Shown piece after piece: positions 49,413-62,669 of a stretch of DNA of 64,000 bases (within the stretch, counting starts at the first letter, position 1; each line of letters opens with the position of its first letter). The position numbers were made by a program, and so were the translations under genes. The stretch is from Mobula hypostoma. Taxonomy: Eukaryota. The notes beneath the pieces are model-generated. The model had not been told where the DNA came from, did not search any database, and was given only the letters and a program-made list of their open reading frames with translations. Where the stretch lies: the NCBI RefSeq assembly GCF_963921235.1, contig NC_086097.1, positions 90,088,001 through 90,152,000 on the forward strand. The letters run 5' to 3'.

Positions 49413-50589
49413 CTCCGATTCTGAGTTCAACTCTGCACAGAGTTAATTGATTTCAGCTAAAGCCATGGTGAAATGCTTTAATTGGTCTTGTGATTCACAG
49501 CAACAAAAAATGGAAAACTGCTTCCTAATCAGCTGCTATTTAGGAACCTCAAGGGGGATAAATTGAAGAAAGGCCCAATCAGGCTCAGGTTTGAAGTCCT
49601 CTAACTACAACCGACTACAGATGCTAGTCGTCAACAATCATTTGGATTGTAGATTCGAGGTAGCTTCTCCTCAGTTCCCTGTATTATATACACAATAGTG
49701 AATGTCTTTTGTACCCAATTCCTGAATATTAACTTCACACAAATGTCAAAGTAAAATCCAGTAAAAAGGGAGTGGGAGTTGGGGGAGGCTGGGGTCATTG
49801 TGTTTTAATAATAGCACATCTTCTCTTATAGTTATAAATCACTGGCATAGGCTTTTGGGGGAATACAGCACACAATTCTGTTCAATACACTTAAGAAAGG
49901 AAGGAAAAAACACATGGCTAAGGGGAAGGAACAGGGAAATGAGACTGATCTTTGAAAGAGCTGGCAAAGGAAAAATGGGCCCAATGGCCCCCGCCTGCCC
50001 TCTATGAATGCGCATTTACTGCATCTCCATGTTAGGAGCTCTGCAGCTGTCATTCTGAGTCTGTCTTGAAGCACATTCAGGTTTTTGTTATCCGTTGAGT
50101 GAAGGTGTTGACAGACAGAGCATCATTTAACTAGTGCATGATTAACTAGTGTCGATTACCGTCAGGATGCAGCAGCGAGTGTGCCATTGTTTCTCAGCAT
50201 TCATGCATACTCTATAATCCCTGACGCTGGGAAACACATTGTGAACAAAATGAGCAATTAACTGAACACATGTACAGCGTCATCTCGAGCCTGCCAATGG
50301 CTGTGAACAATTACTGTCAGCAGCACAGTGCTACGTGAGCTGGCAAACTCGTCAATTCAATGTCCGATATCCCTCTTATAAACCTTGCCACCCAGTTCTG
50401 ATGTAGGCACTGTGAGCATTGTACTTACCCGTCACAGCCAGATGTGGTTTATTGGCTTTTTCACTTCAGAGCCACGAGGTTGTAATTTCATATTTTACTT
50501 CAGGAACTACTAAGTATCTATCTATCTATCTTTCTATCTCCCAGAGAGGAGAAATAAGGAAATCATTTTCAAATGAGATAGATACAGTC

Positions 50590-51107
50590 ACAAAAAAAAG
50601 CACTCCAGAAGCTAGACTTCATTAAAAGCCTGAGAAAATTTGGTATATCACCAAAGACTAACAAATTTCTACAAATGTATCACAGAGCGCATTCTGAATT
50701 GTATCACCGCCTGATATTGATGATGCATAGGATCAAACGAGGCTGCCAGCCAGCTCCATCATGTGCACTTGCCTCCCCACCATCGAAGATACAGTATCTT
50801 CAAAAGGCGATGTTTCAATAAGGTGACATCCATCATTAAGGATCCTCACCACCCAGTACATGCCCTCGTTTCATTGCTACCATCAGGGAGGAGGCACAGG
50901 AGTCTGAAGACACACATTCAATCATTAAGAAGCAACTTCCCCTTTGCCTTCAGAGCTCTAAATGGCCCATGAACTCTACCTTGCTTTCTCGCTGTTGCAA
51001 TATTTATTTAGTATAACTTTTAGTAATTTTTTATGTCTTGCATTGGACTGCTGCCACAAAACAAATTTTATGATATATGTCAGTTATAATAAACCTGATT
51101 CTGATTC
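50590..51107 (+). mobile_element. Rex1-like 3' fragment
   Basis: SIIKDPHHPVHALVSLLPSGRR; (GATTCT) tail. Confidence 0.8.
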
Positions 51108-51929
51108 CGGCTGAGAACTATCTACCCCATTCGCTATCCATTCACCAATCTACCTCATGTGATCTCATGGTATTATGCTAGGCCAAAATTTATCCTTCAG
51201 CCGACATCCTCAATTACCACACCTCTACAATATGTCGCCAGTTGTAAAGTGTTTTGGACTATCACGGGGCTGCAGAAGATGTCATGAAATAACTCATTCC
51301 TTCATTCAGCTTACTTGCTCGTCACAACATGGCTCAGGCAGAAGATGCTACGTAGTTGCATAGAGAGAGCTGAGCCTTTAGAAAGCTGTGTGCATATTGC
51401 ATATCCATTGAGCTAAAGAGCATTAATGATGTGAATAAGACTCTTACAACTTCTAAGTACATAACAGATGGAACAAGTATTCACCAAACACAAGACTCTT
51501 TCCAGTCACAAGGGATTCTGCACATGCTGGAAATCTTCAGAAAACATGGGAGGAGCTTAGCAGGTCAGGCAGCATCTGAAGAGGGAAATGTACAGTTGAC
51601 GTTTCGGGCCAAGATCTTTAGTTTCCCTCCATGGATGCTACCTGACCTGCTGAGATCCGCCAGCGTTCTGTGTTTGATGCTACTCCGAGTCCGCAGCATT
51701 AAACACACGATATGAGCAGGCAGGCTTTTCTGAAGTTTGTTCCATCGCAGGAGTTTCAAAGACAGGGCACAGATGCTGCTGTGGCAACGCAGCATGTTTC
51801 GTTCTACTGAGGGGGGTAGATTTCGAGGCACACATCTCAGCCTTTTATCGTGGGAGCTTGTATTTGAAAATGGTTTTCACCAGCCACCAGCCCATTTTCT
51901 ACATGGATTAAAGCTGGCCAATACCCAGG

Positions 51930-52250
51930 CATTAACCTTTGTGGCACATTTGTTAGTGTTGCTACCTCTGAGATCCAGACACCTGGGCTGGAGCCTCACC
52001 TTGGAGTTTTGCATCTTTTCCATATGATTGCATAGGTTTCCATAAGAAGCTCCTTTTTCTTCCCACATTTCAAAGATGTGCTGGTAAGTTAATTGGCTTC
52101 TATATAGCTCATGTGACAATAGAATCCAAAGCGGAATGGATAGCCAGGCAGGTAACAAGAAAACAAGACAGACAGAATGGTTTTGATGGTACTGTTCTGC
52201 TGAGTGACAGAGAGAACTAATTGGTCCAAATGGCTTTCTTCTGTGTTGTA
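51930..52250 (+). mobile_element. Degraded V-SINE
   Basis: TGGAGTTTTGCATC..TCCCACATTTCAAAGATGTGCTGGT. Confidence 0.65.
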
Positions 52251-53079
52251 ATAAGTACGCAAATTCCTAACTAAGCTGTTGCCCTCATGTGAGTAGGATG
52301 CTAGATTTGGATGCAGCAGCAACATTAGCTATGGATTAAAATTAATTCAATGCTGCGATGAAATTAGGGTGTCCTGAGTACTTGAAAACCAAGACATAAA
52401 TAAGCCAGTCGCGAATCCTTGGAAGCAGATCAGAAGCATCCTGTAGATAGCTCTGATATATAAATCGGCCCTGGAAGGGATTACATGGAATTTACATGGC
52501 GCTACTTAAGATTAGTCAGATGATAGGGTGTCTCAATCAAACTTTGTTTCACATGATACACTACTTTATTCCCTGCTGCAGAAAAGAAGCCACATTTACT
52601 GCTGTGCCTTTTCGCACCCAGATATATTATCAGCAGCATTTGACCATGGCTGCTGACCAACGACCCGAAACGTTGACTGTTCACTTCCACGGATCCTGCC
52701 CGACCTGCTGAGTTCCTCCAGTGTGTCGTGTGTGTTGCTTTGACCCCAGCATCTGCAGAGTATTTTGTGTGTATGGCTCGTTTCAAGTCACTTGCCATCA
52801 ACTGGGAAATTTGCAGATGCTTTTGGGGCTCCTATTCTGGATCAGTCTGCATACTTCCCTCAGAAAATTAGCCTTCTTGGATTTGAGCCTCTGAAATGGG
52901 AAGTCAGAAAAACAAACGGTGGAAAGTAATATCTGGACAATGATTCCTGGAATATCATGTCAAGCGCACCGCCAAAATCCTGATATGAATATAGAGACCT
53001 CCTCACAGACTTCTCACTTTTAGAGCCCAGCCATAAACATCACTCAGTTCAACTCAGGCAACTTGAAGTCCCAAAATTA

Positions 53080-53548
53080 TAGTATTGTGCAGAAGTCTTA
53101 GGTATATATATAGCTAGGGTGAATAAGACATTGGCACAGTACAATATTTGTCAATGTGAAATGGAGAGTGAGTTTGTAAATGTGGTGGGAGCAAAGGATG
53201 TTGGGAATGGTGAGGCTAGAGCGCATGTGAGGGGTGTGGGACAGGTGGCAGAGTGATTTGATTCCAAACAATTGGCTTATTGATTATTACAGAATGTCTC
53301 TCTGGTGCTTCCCGCTCTCTTCCTTCCCCTTTCTGTAACTGTGATTCCCCTCTCCCTAGCCCCTTCCCACTCTCAGTCCATAATAGGGACCCACATCAGA
53401 ATCAGGTTGATCATCACTCACATGTCATAAAATTTATTGTTTATTTTTGTGGCAGCAGTACAGTGCAATGCATAAAATGACTACAGTACTGTGAAAGTCT
53501 TAGGCTCCCTAGCTATACATATGTGCCTAAGACTTTTGCACAGTACTG
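53080..53548. mobile_element. Composite Tc1/mariner-type MITE
   Basis: TA flanks; two approx. 65-bp palindromic units (TIR CAGTACTGTGCAAAAGTCTTAGG) bracketing unrelated sequence. Confidence 0.8.
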
Positions 53549-53959
53549 TAGGTACAGTGTTCTTTCTGCAAATTCTACAGAACAGTCTCCAAGAGAGTAA
53601 ATGCGAGTGAGTTTTCATAAGTGTTCCCATTTCATTGCCTGGTTATGGTACTAGTATGCATTTATTTGACTATGCATTCAATGTTGACGGCCTCTTCATC
53701 TTCAAAGGGATCATCTTTGCAAACTGTTGTCTTGTAGAAAGTCACTGGCCAGCAACTAGAAACATGAACATTGGGAAGCTGGGAGTTCTGGTTCATCCAA
53801 TGTAGTCTTGGTTCAGACACATGAGATTGCAAATGCTGGAATCTGGAGCAACACACAAATGACTGGAGGAACTCAGCAGGCCAGGTAGTATCTATAAAGG
53901 GAAATGGACATTCAGTGGGTTGACCCTTCATCTGGACTGTTTTTGACTGGTCTTGGTTG

Positions 53960-54550
53960 AGATTAGATTAGATTGGATTAGATTCAACTTTATTGTCATT
54001 GTGCCAAGTACAGATACAAAGCCAATGAAATGCAGTTAGCATCTAACCAGAAATGCAAAGAATAGTGTTATTTACAAAATAACTGTGAATAAAAAGTAAG
54101 TGCTACAGCACACAAATATAAAAGTACTGAGACAGTACAATATGGATGCAATACTGCTTAGCGCTGTGATGAGAGGTTCAGCAGGGTCACAGCCTCAGGG
54201 AAGAAGCTCTTCCTGTGCCTGCTGGTGCAGGAGCAGAGGCTCCTGTAGCGCCTACCGGATGGGAGGAGAGTAAAAAGTCCATGGTTAGGTTGAAATGCAT
54301 CCTTGATAATGCTTTTCGCCCTGTCCAGGCAGCGTTTATGGTAGATATTCTCAATGGTGGGCAATTGGGTGCCGATAATCCACTGGGCAGTTTTCACCAC
54401 ACACTGGAGTGCTTTGTGGTCCAATACGGAACAATTGCCATACCACACTGAGATGCAGTTGGTGAGTATGCTCTCAATGGTACAGCGGTAAAAGTCCGTC
54501 AGTATCCTGGGACAGAAGTGAGCTTTCTTGACGCTCCGCAAGAAATAAAG
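53960..54550 (-). mobile_element. Rex1-like 3' fragment
   Basis: ORF 54158..54541; (TCTAA)n tail. Confidence 0.9.
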
Positions 54551-54574
54551 ATCAGCTAAGTCAATGCAGAAATT

Positions 54575-55110
54575 TCAAAAGTTCAAAGTAAATTTTATTA
54601 TCAAAATACATATATGTCACCATATAGAACCCTGAGATTCATTTTCCTATGGGCATACTCAGAAAATCTACAGAATAGTAACTATAACAGAATCAATGAA
54701 AAAACAACCAGAGTGCAGAATACAACAAACTGTGCAAATGCAAATATAAATAAATAGCAATAAATAACAAGAATATGAGATAATGAGATAAAGGGCCCTT
54801 AAAGTGAGACCATTGGTTGTAGAAACATTCCAATGATGGGACAGATGAGTGTAGTTATCCCCTTTTATTCAAGAGCTGATGGTTGAGGGGCAGTAACTGT
54901 TCTTGAACCAGATGGTGTGAGTCCTGAGGCTTTTGCACCTTCTACCAGATGGTGGCAGCGAGAAGAGAGTGGTGGAGATCTCTGATGGTGAATGTTGCTT
55001 TCCTATGACAGCATTTCGGGTAGATGTGCTTTACCCATGATGCACTGGGTTGCATGCACTACTTTTTGTGCGATTTTCCATTTGAAGGCATTAGTGCTTC
55101 CATACCAGGC
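54575..55110 (-). mobile_element. Rex1-like 3' fragment
   Basis: Same 3' UTR as 48756; MAWYGSTNA..QKVVHATQCIMG. Confidence 0.8.
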
Positions 55111-57311
55111 CATGAGGCAAAGACCAATAGCAGGGGCAATGGGATGTGGAGAAAGAGATGAGGAAGGAGTATGTTCATGGCAGTGAAAACACTGGTACAT
55201 ATATCCTGAACAAAACACATTGAAAGCTGACACTTAATTAAGTGACCAGGTGAAACACTAAGCGAATAAATTGGACTTGAATGAAATATTTAGATCTGAC
55301 TCACAATTCCAAGCTCTGTGTCTTCTTCCAATGCGACTGACTAGCTGCCGATAAATTTGTTTTTCATCAGAGTTTAAATAAAACCTTGTTTTGCTGCCTG
55401 GCCTGAGGGGAGCCCTCGAGAATCTCGACTGGAACTGTTTGTCCTTGGGAAAACAAATCTGTTAAAAAATTAATGTAGGAAACAAGACCTCTGAAAAGAA
55501 AAGGTCATCACTTCTGCTTAATGTCAATAGGGTGCTGTAAATTTGATAGGGGTCTGGTCTGGGAAGGGAGATTACTGAAATATGCTACAACAGATATTCC
55601 TGGGGTGAAAGCCTTGCGGAGTGGCAGGCCCCTTTCATTATGGTCTTCATCTTCCGATGTGTTTAAAAGGCAAAGAGACAGTGGTAGCATAGACAGCTGA
55701 TGCTAATTATCATAGTGGGGGTGGAGGTGGCTGTTGATATATCGTGTGGATACAACAGGGAGATGGTCAAATGATTTTGTATGAGCCTGCTGTCACTGGA
55801 TCTGGCTATTGTGAGTCTGGTCACAGGGAGGGGAGGGATTAGTGGAGGCTGCGTCTTTGCTCAATCCAAGTGGGCCCTGAAATGCAAAATCTGTGTTTGT
55901 GCTCATATTCAACTGTCCCTCCGTTGGTGAACAATATTACGTTCTCCAGACCACTCACTCCCATCTATCTTTCCTTCAGGGTTGACAACATTGTCAAGAA
56001 AGCAAAGTTCTCCTGCAGACTGCCCAGCCAGTGCTTTGAACTGAACCCAAGGGTGCTCCCAGTGCACACAGTACATCAAATGTTGGTACATGCAATGTTA
56101 GTGACTGCCAAAAACATGAAGGAAGGGTAGTCATTGCACAAGGCTGCTTCTAAGAAATTCGTGTTTAATCAAATCTGCTCCCAAATATGGGTGTTTAGTA
56201 GCAATTTTTCTTGGACGGCAGCATGACAGCTAAAATGAGAGAGGGCAACAGAAAAATATGCTAAAAGGGAGGAGGGAGAGTGGGGGAGAAGGGATCTAGG
56301 CAGGGAACCATACCTAACAAAGCTGTTCTGGAAGCAATTCTTCCATGTCTGGCTTGGCAAGGAATAGTGAGAGGGGCACCTGACCCGTCCCTTTGTTGCA
56401 ATGCGCTGAACACTCCAGCCACAATTCCCAGCTCCCCATCTGGGATCGGCTCCTCTGCCAGTCTCTGCAAAGGTAACAGCTATCAACAATTTCTACACAT
56501 TGTGTTCCTTCCATGCAATGGCTGGAAATCCCTGCAACATAATGACCTCTGGTATGAGAGTGTTGGCACATTCTATTCCAAAAGGTCCGCTTTTAGAACT
56601 GATGACTGGACAGTTGCCACACTCTTCAAGGCCTGCTGGACATTGCATCCACAGCAGTCTCAGCAACAACTTTACCACCCAGGGCAACTTTTGCTGATGT
56701 CGCATTGGGAGCTGCGGCAGTGGACTTCAGATGCTGAAGGATGTTAGGTAATTGCGTTGCCATGATCTAGAGTGAAATGATACACTTAGCTATATGTCCA
56801 TTCCAATCCATGGGGTGACTTCAAGCATGGTCCACACAAAAAATGAGGATCAAGAAACTAGATATACCTATGTCACTCAGTCAACAAAGACGTAACAGCA
56901 CTTCTTATCTGCTAATTTTATAATCTATCCTTCTTTTTGTTCTATTACACCATCACGTAGGAAATGGCAGAAGAAAATCAGGCTTTTAGAATTCGCTGTT
57001 GTGGAACTTTAAAAGCACGCCAAGAGAAATTACATCATGGTGGCTAAACAGAATTGAATTACTGATCAGACTGAATTCAACTCAAGTAGCTTAATAACTT
57101 CCTGTAGTTACTATCATCCTCATTAGGATGATAGAACTAAAGAACATTAGAAAACATAGCAACTAGATCCTTCAGATCTCAATGGTTAACCAATAAATAT
57201 GGTGCAGAGTTTGACAAGCAATGAATTAAATACCTGGTTCTTATAATACTTCATCTGCTTTCAGTACAGTTTAAATTACTTATTCTGTTTATTATAGATT
57301 CAAAATCTAGA

Positions 57312-57827
57312 TTACTTTACTTTACTTTATACTTTATTGTCACCAAACAATTGGTACTAGAACATACAATCATCACAGCGATATTTGATTCTGCGCTTCG
57401 CGCTCCCTGGATTACAAATATTAAATATTAAAAATAGTAAAAATTAGTAAATATTAAAAAAATTAAATCATAAATCATAAATAGAAAATAGAAAAATGGA
57501 AAGTAAGGTAGTGCAAAAAAACCGAGAGGCAGGTCCGGATATTTGGAGGGTACAACACAGATCCGGGTTAGGATCCCTTCAGCAGTCTTATCACAGCTGG
57601 AAGGAAGCTGTTCCCAAATCTGGTCGTACGAGTCTTCAAGCTCCTGAGCCTTCTCCCGGAGGGAAGAGGGACGAAAAGTGTGTTGGCTGGGTGGGTCGTG
57701 TCCTTGATTATCCTGGCAGCACTGCTCCGACAGCGTGCGGTGTAAAGTGAGTCCACGGACGGAAGATTGGTTTGTGTGATGTGCTGCACCGTGTTCACCA
57801 TCTTCTGCAGCTTCTTCCGGTCTTGGA
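57312..57827 (-). mobile_element. Rex1-like 3' fragment
   Basis: Near match to 40326-40795. Confidence 0.9.
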
Positions 57828-58468
57828 TTAAACTATATCCTTGCAATCACAATTTCAAGACATAATCTACATGATCTCAAATTGGTTTTACATCTATTTT
57901 TCTCCCAACATGATCTTCTTTTTCATTTAAATTTGGATTATTAAACAAGCAGTCCATTTACTGGTTACCCATTTTTGTCAAATTTGTCCTCCGGTGGTTT
58001 CAGGAGAAAGTTACGATAAATTCAACAGGAGCAGCAAAGATAGAAAGCAATTCTAGTTTTGAAAGGTGAAAACTTAGTGTTCCAAAATACATTCAATCAG
58101 TTAAAATAATATTTTGCACATTCATTCAGCAACATTAATCTCTGTTTTAGTCCTTCTTCTCCAAATAGTGCCTGTAAATCAAGGTTCAAAATTCGAAGTC
58201 AATTGTAACTAGATGCTTGTCAACGAAGACAATCAGATGAGAAGACTAAGAGAAAGAGAGAATTACAGCCTCAGGAAACTAGTCTGGAAGATGACCTGGG
58301 GTATAATAACCTATAAATATTTTAACATTTCAGGAGACATGTTAGAGTTCCTGCCAGCTTTCTACAAGGTATTTTATCAGCTAACTTCTAACACTAGGCC
58401 AAAAATTAGAAGTCAGAAACTTAAGTATGTATACATGTAAGAAAATCAAAGATGTTGAATGTCTGAAG

Positions 58469-59346
58469 TGTTACGTAACCGGCAACAATGAATATTAATC
58501 GAGACTGGTTTTATAAAAACAACCAAACATTTATTAAACACATATAAACGATAAGGGAAAAAAAAACAAAGGAAAACTTTAACCGGAGGTTAAACAGGTA
58601 TGCAGCCGTTCATCAACTCCATCCAGCTCTGGTTCTTAAAGCGTTAAATACGGAAACAGTTCTTAAGGAGATACAGTCAGATACAGTTCTTAAAGCGATA
58701 ACTTCAAAAGTCCAACAGTTTTACACATTCAATCGGGAGAGACTTCTCTGGAGAAGGATTTCTTCACCGACGTACCTTTACTGCCGGTTCTGTCCACAGG
58801 ATTCCCGATGCCAAAAATAAACAGTTTAAATCAACTGACCTTAAATTCCTTTTAGAGAGAGAGAGAGCCTTTGTGCATGAACTCATTGCTCTATTGCGAG
58901 AGTTATCTCAATGCAGCTTCTCTTCAACGAAGACTCAATACGGTCGATCCTTTATTAAACTGCCAAACGATGCCGACTTCTCTCAATCCTTCACTTCGAT
59001 GAATTCTTCACTCTCCCTTCAAAACTGTCGGAATTGAGTAGATTGGCACTTCCAGCCGCAAATTTCCAGTCCAAATGCAATATCTTGTAAGAGAACACAC
59101 CTTCTGTTTTAAAAATGAAACTGCGTCTCAAAAACAAACACGCAACAGAAACGGAGGCACAACACGTTCTAGCTGGAAATCTACAAACTCAAAATCCCCC
59201 TGCGTCACCTGAGTCGACCCTTATATAGTCACAGGGCACATGTCATCACGTGACCTCACATCGGCGGGAAAATCACATCAGGTGACCTCCAAAAGACCAT
59301 TACAGCATTCTCACAAAAAAAAACAGATCTCCTTGAGCATGTAACA
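58469..59346 (-). mobile_element. Solo LTR (878 bp)
   Basis: TGTTAC...GTAACA, 4-bp TSD GAAG; minus-strand TATATAA near 59221-59227 and AATAAA near 58530. Confidence 0.92.
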
Positions 59347-59419
59347 GAAGTAAAAAAAACAGAAGATGCTGGAAACACTCAGTATTGCACTTGATGTTCA
59401 CATCGTCTCTATTACATAT

Positions 59420-59650
59420 GTGATACCAAACAGATCACTTCGTGTACAGTCCGCAGGAGTTGACCCTGAGCTTCAGGTTGACTGGCACTTTAATTCCCAT
59501 CCCACTCCCAATCGGATATTTCTGTCTGGGACTTCTGCACTGCTACAATGAGGCCTAATGCAAGCACAAAGAACAACACTCCATCTTCCTGTCTGGGCAT
59601 GTTGCAGCGTGCTGAAGTTGACATCAAATTCTCTAGCTTAGTAACTCACT
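59420..59650 (+). mobile_element. Degraded PLE GIY-YIG C-terminal fragment
   Basis: HFNSHP, GLLHCYNEA, EQHSIF remnants collinear with ORF 10817..11143. Confidence 0.65.
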
Positions 59651-60240
59651 TTTTCTTTCACTCTGTATCAGAACGGGCCATTTCTGTCTCTCATTTTGGC
59701 CCAGTTTATTTTACTCTTATATTCTGGCCTACTAGGCATGTTCCACAGCTTCAACATTTACAACACAATGCCATCTCTTCCTCACCTTTTCTCCTGCTCA
59801 AAACCAGTTTTATGCTCTCATAGAGGGATCAGAAGTGGAAAGAGTGAGCAATTCCAATTTTCTGGGTGTCAATATCTCTGAGGATCTAACCTGAACCCAA
59901 CATATTAACACAGCTACAAAGTAGGTGGCTATATTTCATTAGGAGTTTGAGAAGATTTGGTGTGTCAATGTCATCAAAAACACCTGAAAATTTCTACAGA
60001 TATGCAGTGGAGAGCATTCTAACTGGCCACATCACCATCTGGTATGGTGGGATGGGGGGGGGGGGTGGCTACGGCACAGAATCGAAGTATGTTGAGAGAG
60101 CTGAGTACCTAGTCAGATCCATCATGAGCACTAGCCTCTGTAGTGTTCAGGACATCTTCAAGGAGCAATGCCTCAAAAAGGTGGCGTACATCCCTATCAC
60201 CCAGGTCACGCCTTGTTCTCATTCCTACCATCAGGAGGGA

Positions 60241-62498
60241 ACATAGAACATAGAACATAGAATAGTACAGCACAGTACAGGCCCTTCGGCCCACAATGTT
60301 GTGCTGACCCTCAAACCCTGCCTCCCATATAAGCCCCCACCTTAAATTCCTCTATATACCTGTCTAGTAGTCTCTTAAACTTCACTAGTGAATCTGCCTC
60401 CACCACTGACTCAGGCAGCGCATTCCATGCACCAACCACTCTCTGAGTAAAAAACCTTCTTCTAATATCCCCCTTGAACTTCCCACCCCTTACCTTAAAG
60501 CCATGTCCTCTTGTATTGAGCAGTGGTGCCCTGGGGAAGAGGCGCTGGCTATCCACTCTATCTATTCCTCTTATTACCTTGTACACCTCTATCATGTCTC
60601 CTCTCATCCTCCTTCTCTCCAAAGAGTAAAGCCCTGGCTCCCTTAATCTCTGATCATAATGCATACTCTCTAAACCAGGCAGCATCCTGGTAAATCTCCT
60701 CTGTACTCTTTCCAATGCTTCCACATCCTTCCTATAGTGAGGCGACCAGAACTGGACACAGTACTCCAAGTGTGGCCTCACCAGAGTTTTATAGAGCTGC
60801 ATCATTACATCGCGACTCTTAAACTCTATCCCTCAACTTATGAAAGCTAACACCCCATAAGCTTTCTTAACTACCCTATCCACCTGTGAGGCAACTTTCA
60901 GGGATCTGTGGACATGTACCCCCAGATCCCTCTGCTCCTCCACACTACCAAGTATCCTGCCATTTACTTTGTACTCTGCCTTGGAGTTTGTCCTTCCAAA
61001 GTGTACCACCTCACACTTCTCCGGGTTGAACTCCATCTGCCACTTCTCAGCCCACTTCTGCATCCTATCAATGTCTCTCTGCAATCTTTGACAATCCTCT
61101 ACACTATCTACAACACCACCAACCTTTGTGTCATCTGCAAACTTGCCAATCCCCCCTTCTACCCCCACATCCAGGTCGTTAATAAAAATCAGAAAAAGTA
61201 GAGGTCCCAGAACAGATCCTTGTGGGACACCACTAGTCACAACCCTCCAATCTGAATGTGCTCCCTCCACCATGACCCTCTGCCTTCTGCAGGCAAGCCA
61301 ATTCTGAATTCACCTGGCCAAACTTCCTTGGATCCCATGCCTTCTGACTTTCTGGATAAGCCTACCATGTGGAACCTTGTCAAATGCCTTACTAAAATCC
61401 ACGTAGATCACATCCACTGCACTACCCTCATCTATATGCCTGGTCACCTCCTCAAAGAACTCTATCAGGCTTGTTAGACACGATCTGCCCTTCACAAAGC
61501 CATGCTGACTGTCCCTGATCAGACCATGATTCTCTAAATGCCCAGAGATCCTATCTCTAAGAATCTTTTCCAACAGCTTTCCCACCACAGACGTAAGGCT
61601 CACTGGTCTATAATTACCCAGACTATCCCTACTACCTTTTTTGAACAAGGGGACAACATTTGCCTCCTTCCAATCCTCCGGTACCATTCCTGTGGACAAC
61701 GAGGACATAAAGATCCTAGCCAGAGGCTCAGCAATTTCTTCCCTCACCTCGTGGAACAGCCTGGGGAATATTCCATCAGGCCCCGGGGACTTATCCGTCC
61801 TAATGTATTTTAACAACTCCAACACCTCCTCTCCCATAATATCAACATGATCCAGAACATCAACCTCACTCATATTGTCCTCACCATCATCAAGTTCCCT
61901 CTCATTGGTGAATACCGAAGAGAAGTATTCATTGAGGACCTTGCTCACTTCCACAGCCTCCAGGCACATCTTCCCACCATTATCTCTAATTGGTTCTATC
62001 TTCACACCTGCCACCCTTTTTTTCTTCACATAATTGAAGAATGCCTTGGGGTTTTCCTTTACCCTACTCGCCAAGGCCTTCTCATGCCCCCTTCTTGCTC
62101 TTCTCAGCCCCTTCTTAAGCTCCTTTCTTGCTACCCTATATTCCTCAATAGACCCATCTGATCCTTGCTTCCTAAACCTCATGTATGCTGCCTTCTTCCA
62201 CCTGACTAGATTTTCCACCTCACTTGTCACCCATGGTTCCCTCACCCTACCATTCTTTATCTTCCTCACTGGGACAAATTTATCCCTAACATCCTGCAAG
62301 AGATCTCTAAACATCGACCACATGTCCATAGTACATTTCCCTGCAAAAACATCACCCCAATTCACACCCGCAAGTTCTAGCCTTACAGCCTCATAATTTG
62401 CCCTTCCCCAATTAAAAATTTTCCTGTCCTCTCTGATTCTATCCTTTTCCATGATAATGCTAAAGGCCAGGGAGCAGTGGTCACTGTCCCCCAGATGC
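60241..62498 (-). mobile_element. CR1 LINE, 5'-truncated, lightly decayed
   Basis: ORF2 pieces 61310..62527, 60833..61273, 60311..60805 (SDH, KSPGPDG, DFSKAFDKV, KFADD, RPHLEYC); (TTCTATG)n tail. Confidence 0.96.
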
Positions 62499-62669
62499 CC
62501 ACAGATGCAGTGAGATATGGAAGGCACCCACTGAACGATTCAAAAGCAGCTTCTTCCCAGCTGCCATCCAATTTTTCAAATGACTTTGAACCCATAAACA
62601 CTACCCCACTACCATTCATTTCAATTTTTGCACTACTTATGTAATTTAAATATTTTATATATACACATA

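Noticed and set aside
55508..56747. Cluster of ORFs up to 155 aa in unique-looking sequence
   Set aside because: No recognisable motif or exon structure; may be an ancient repeat
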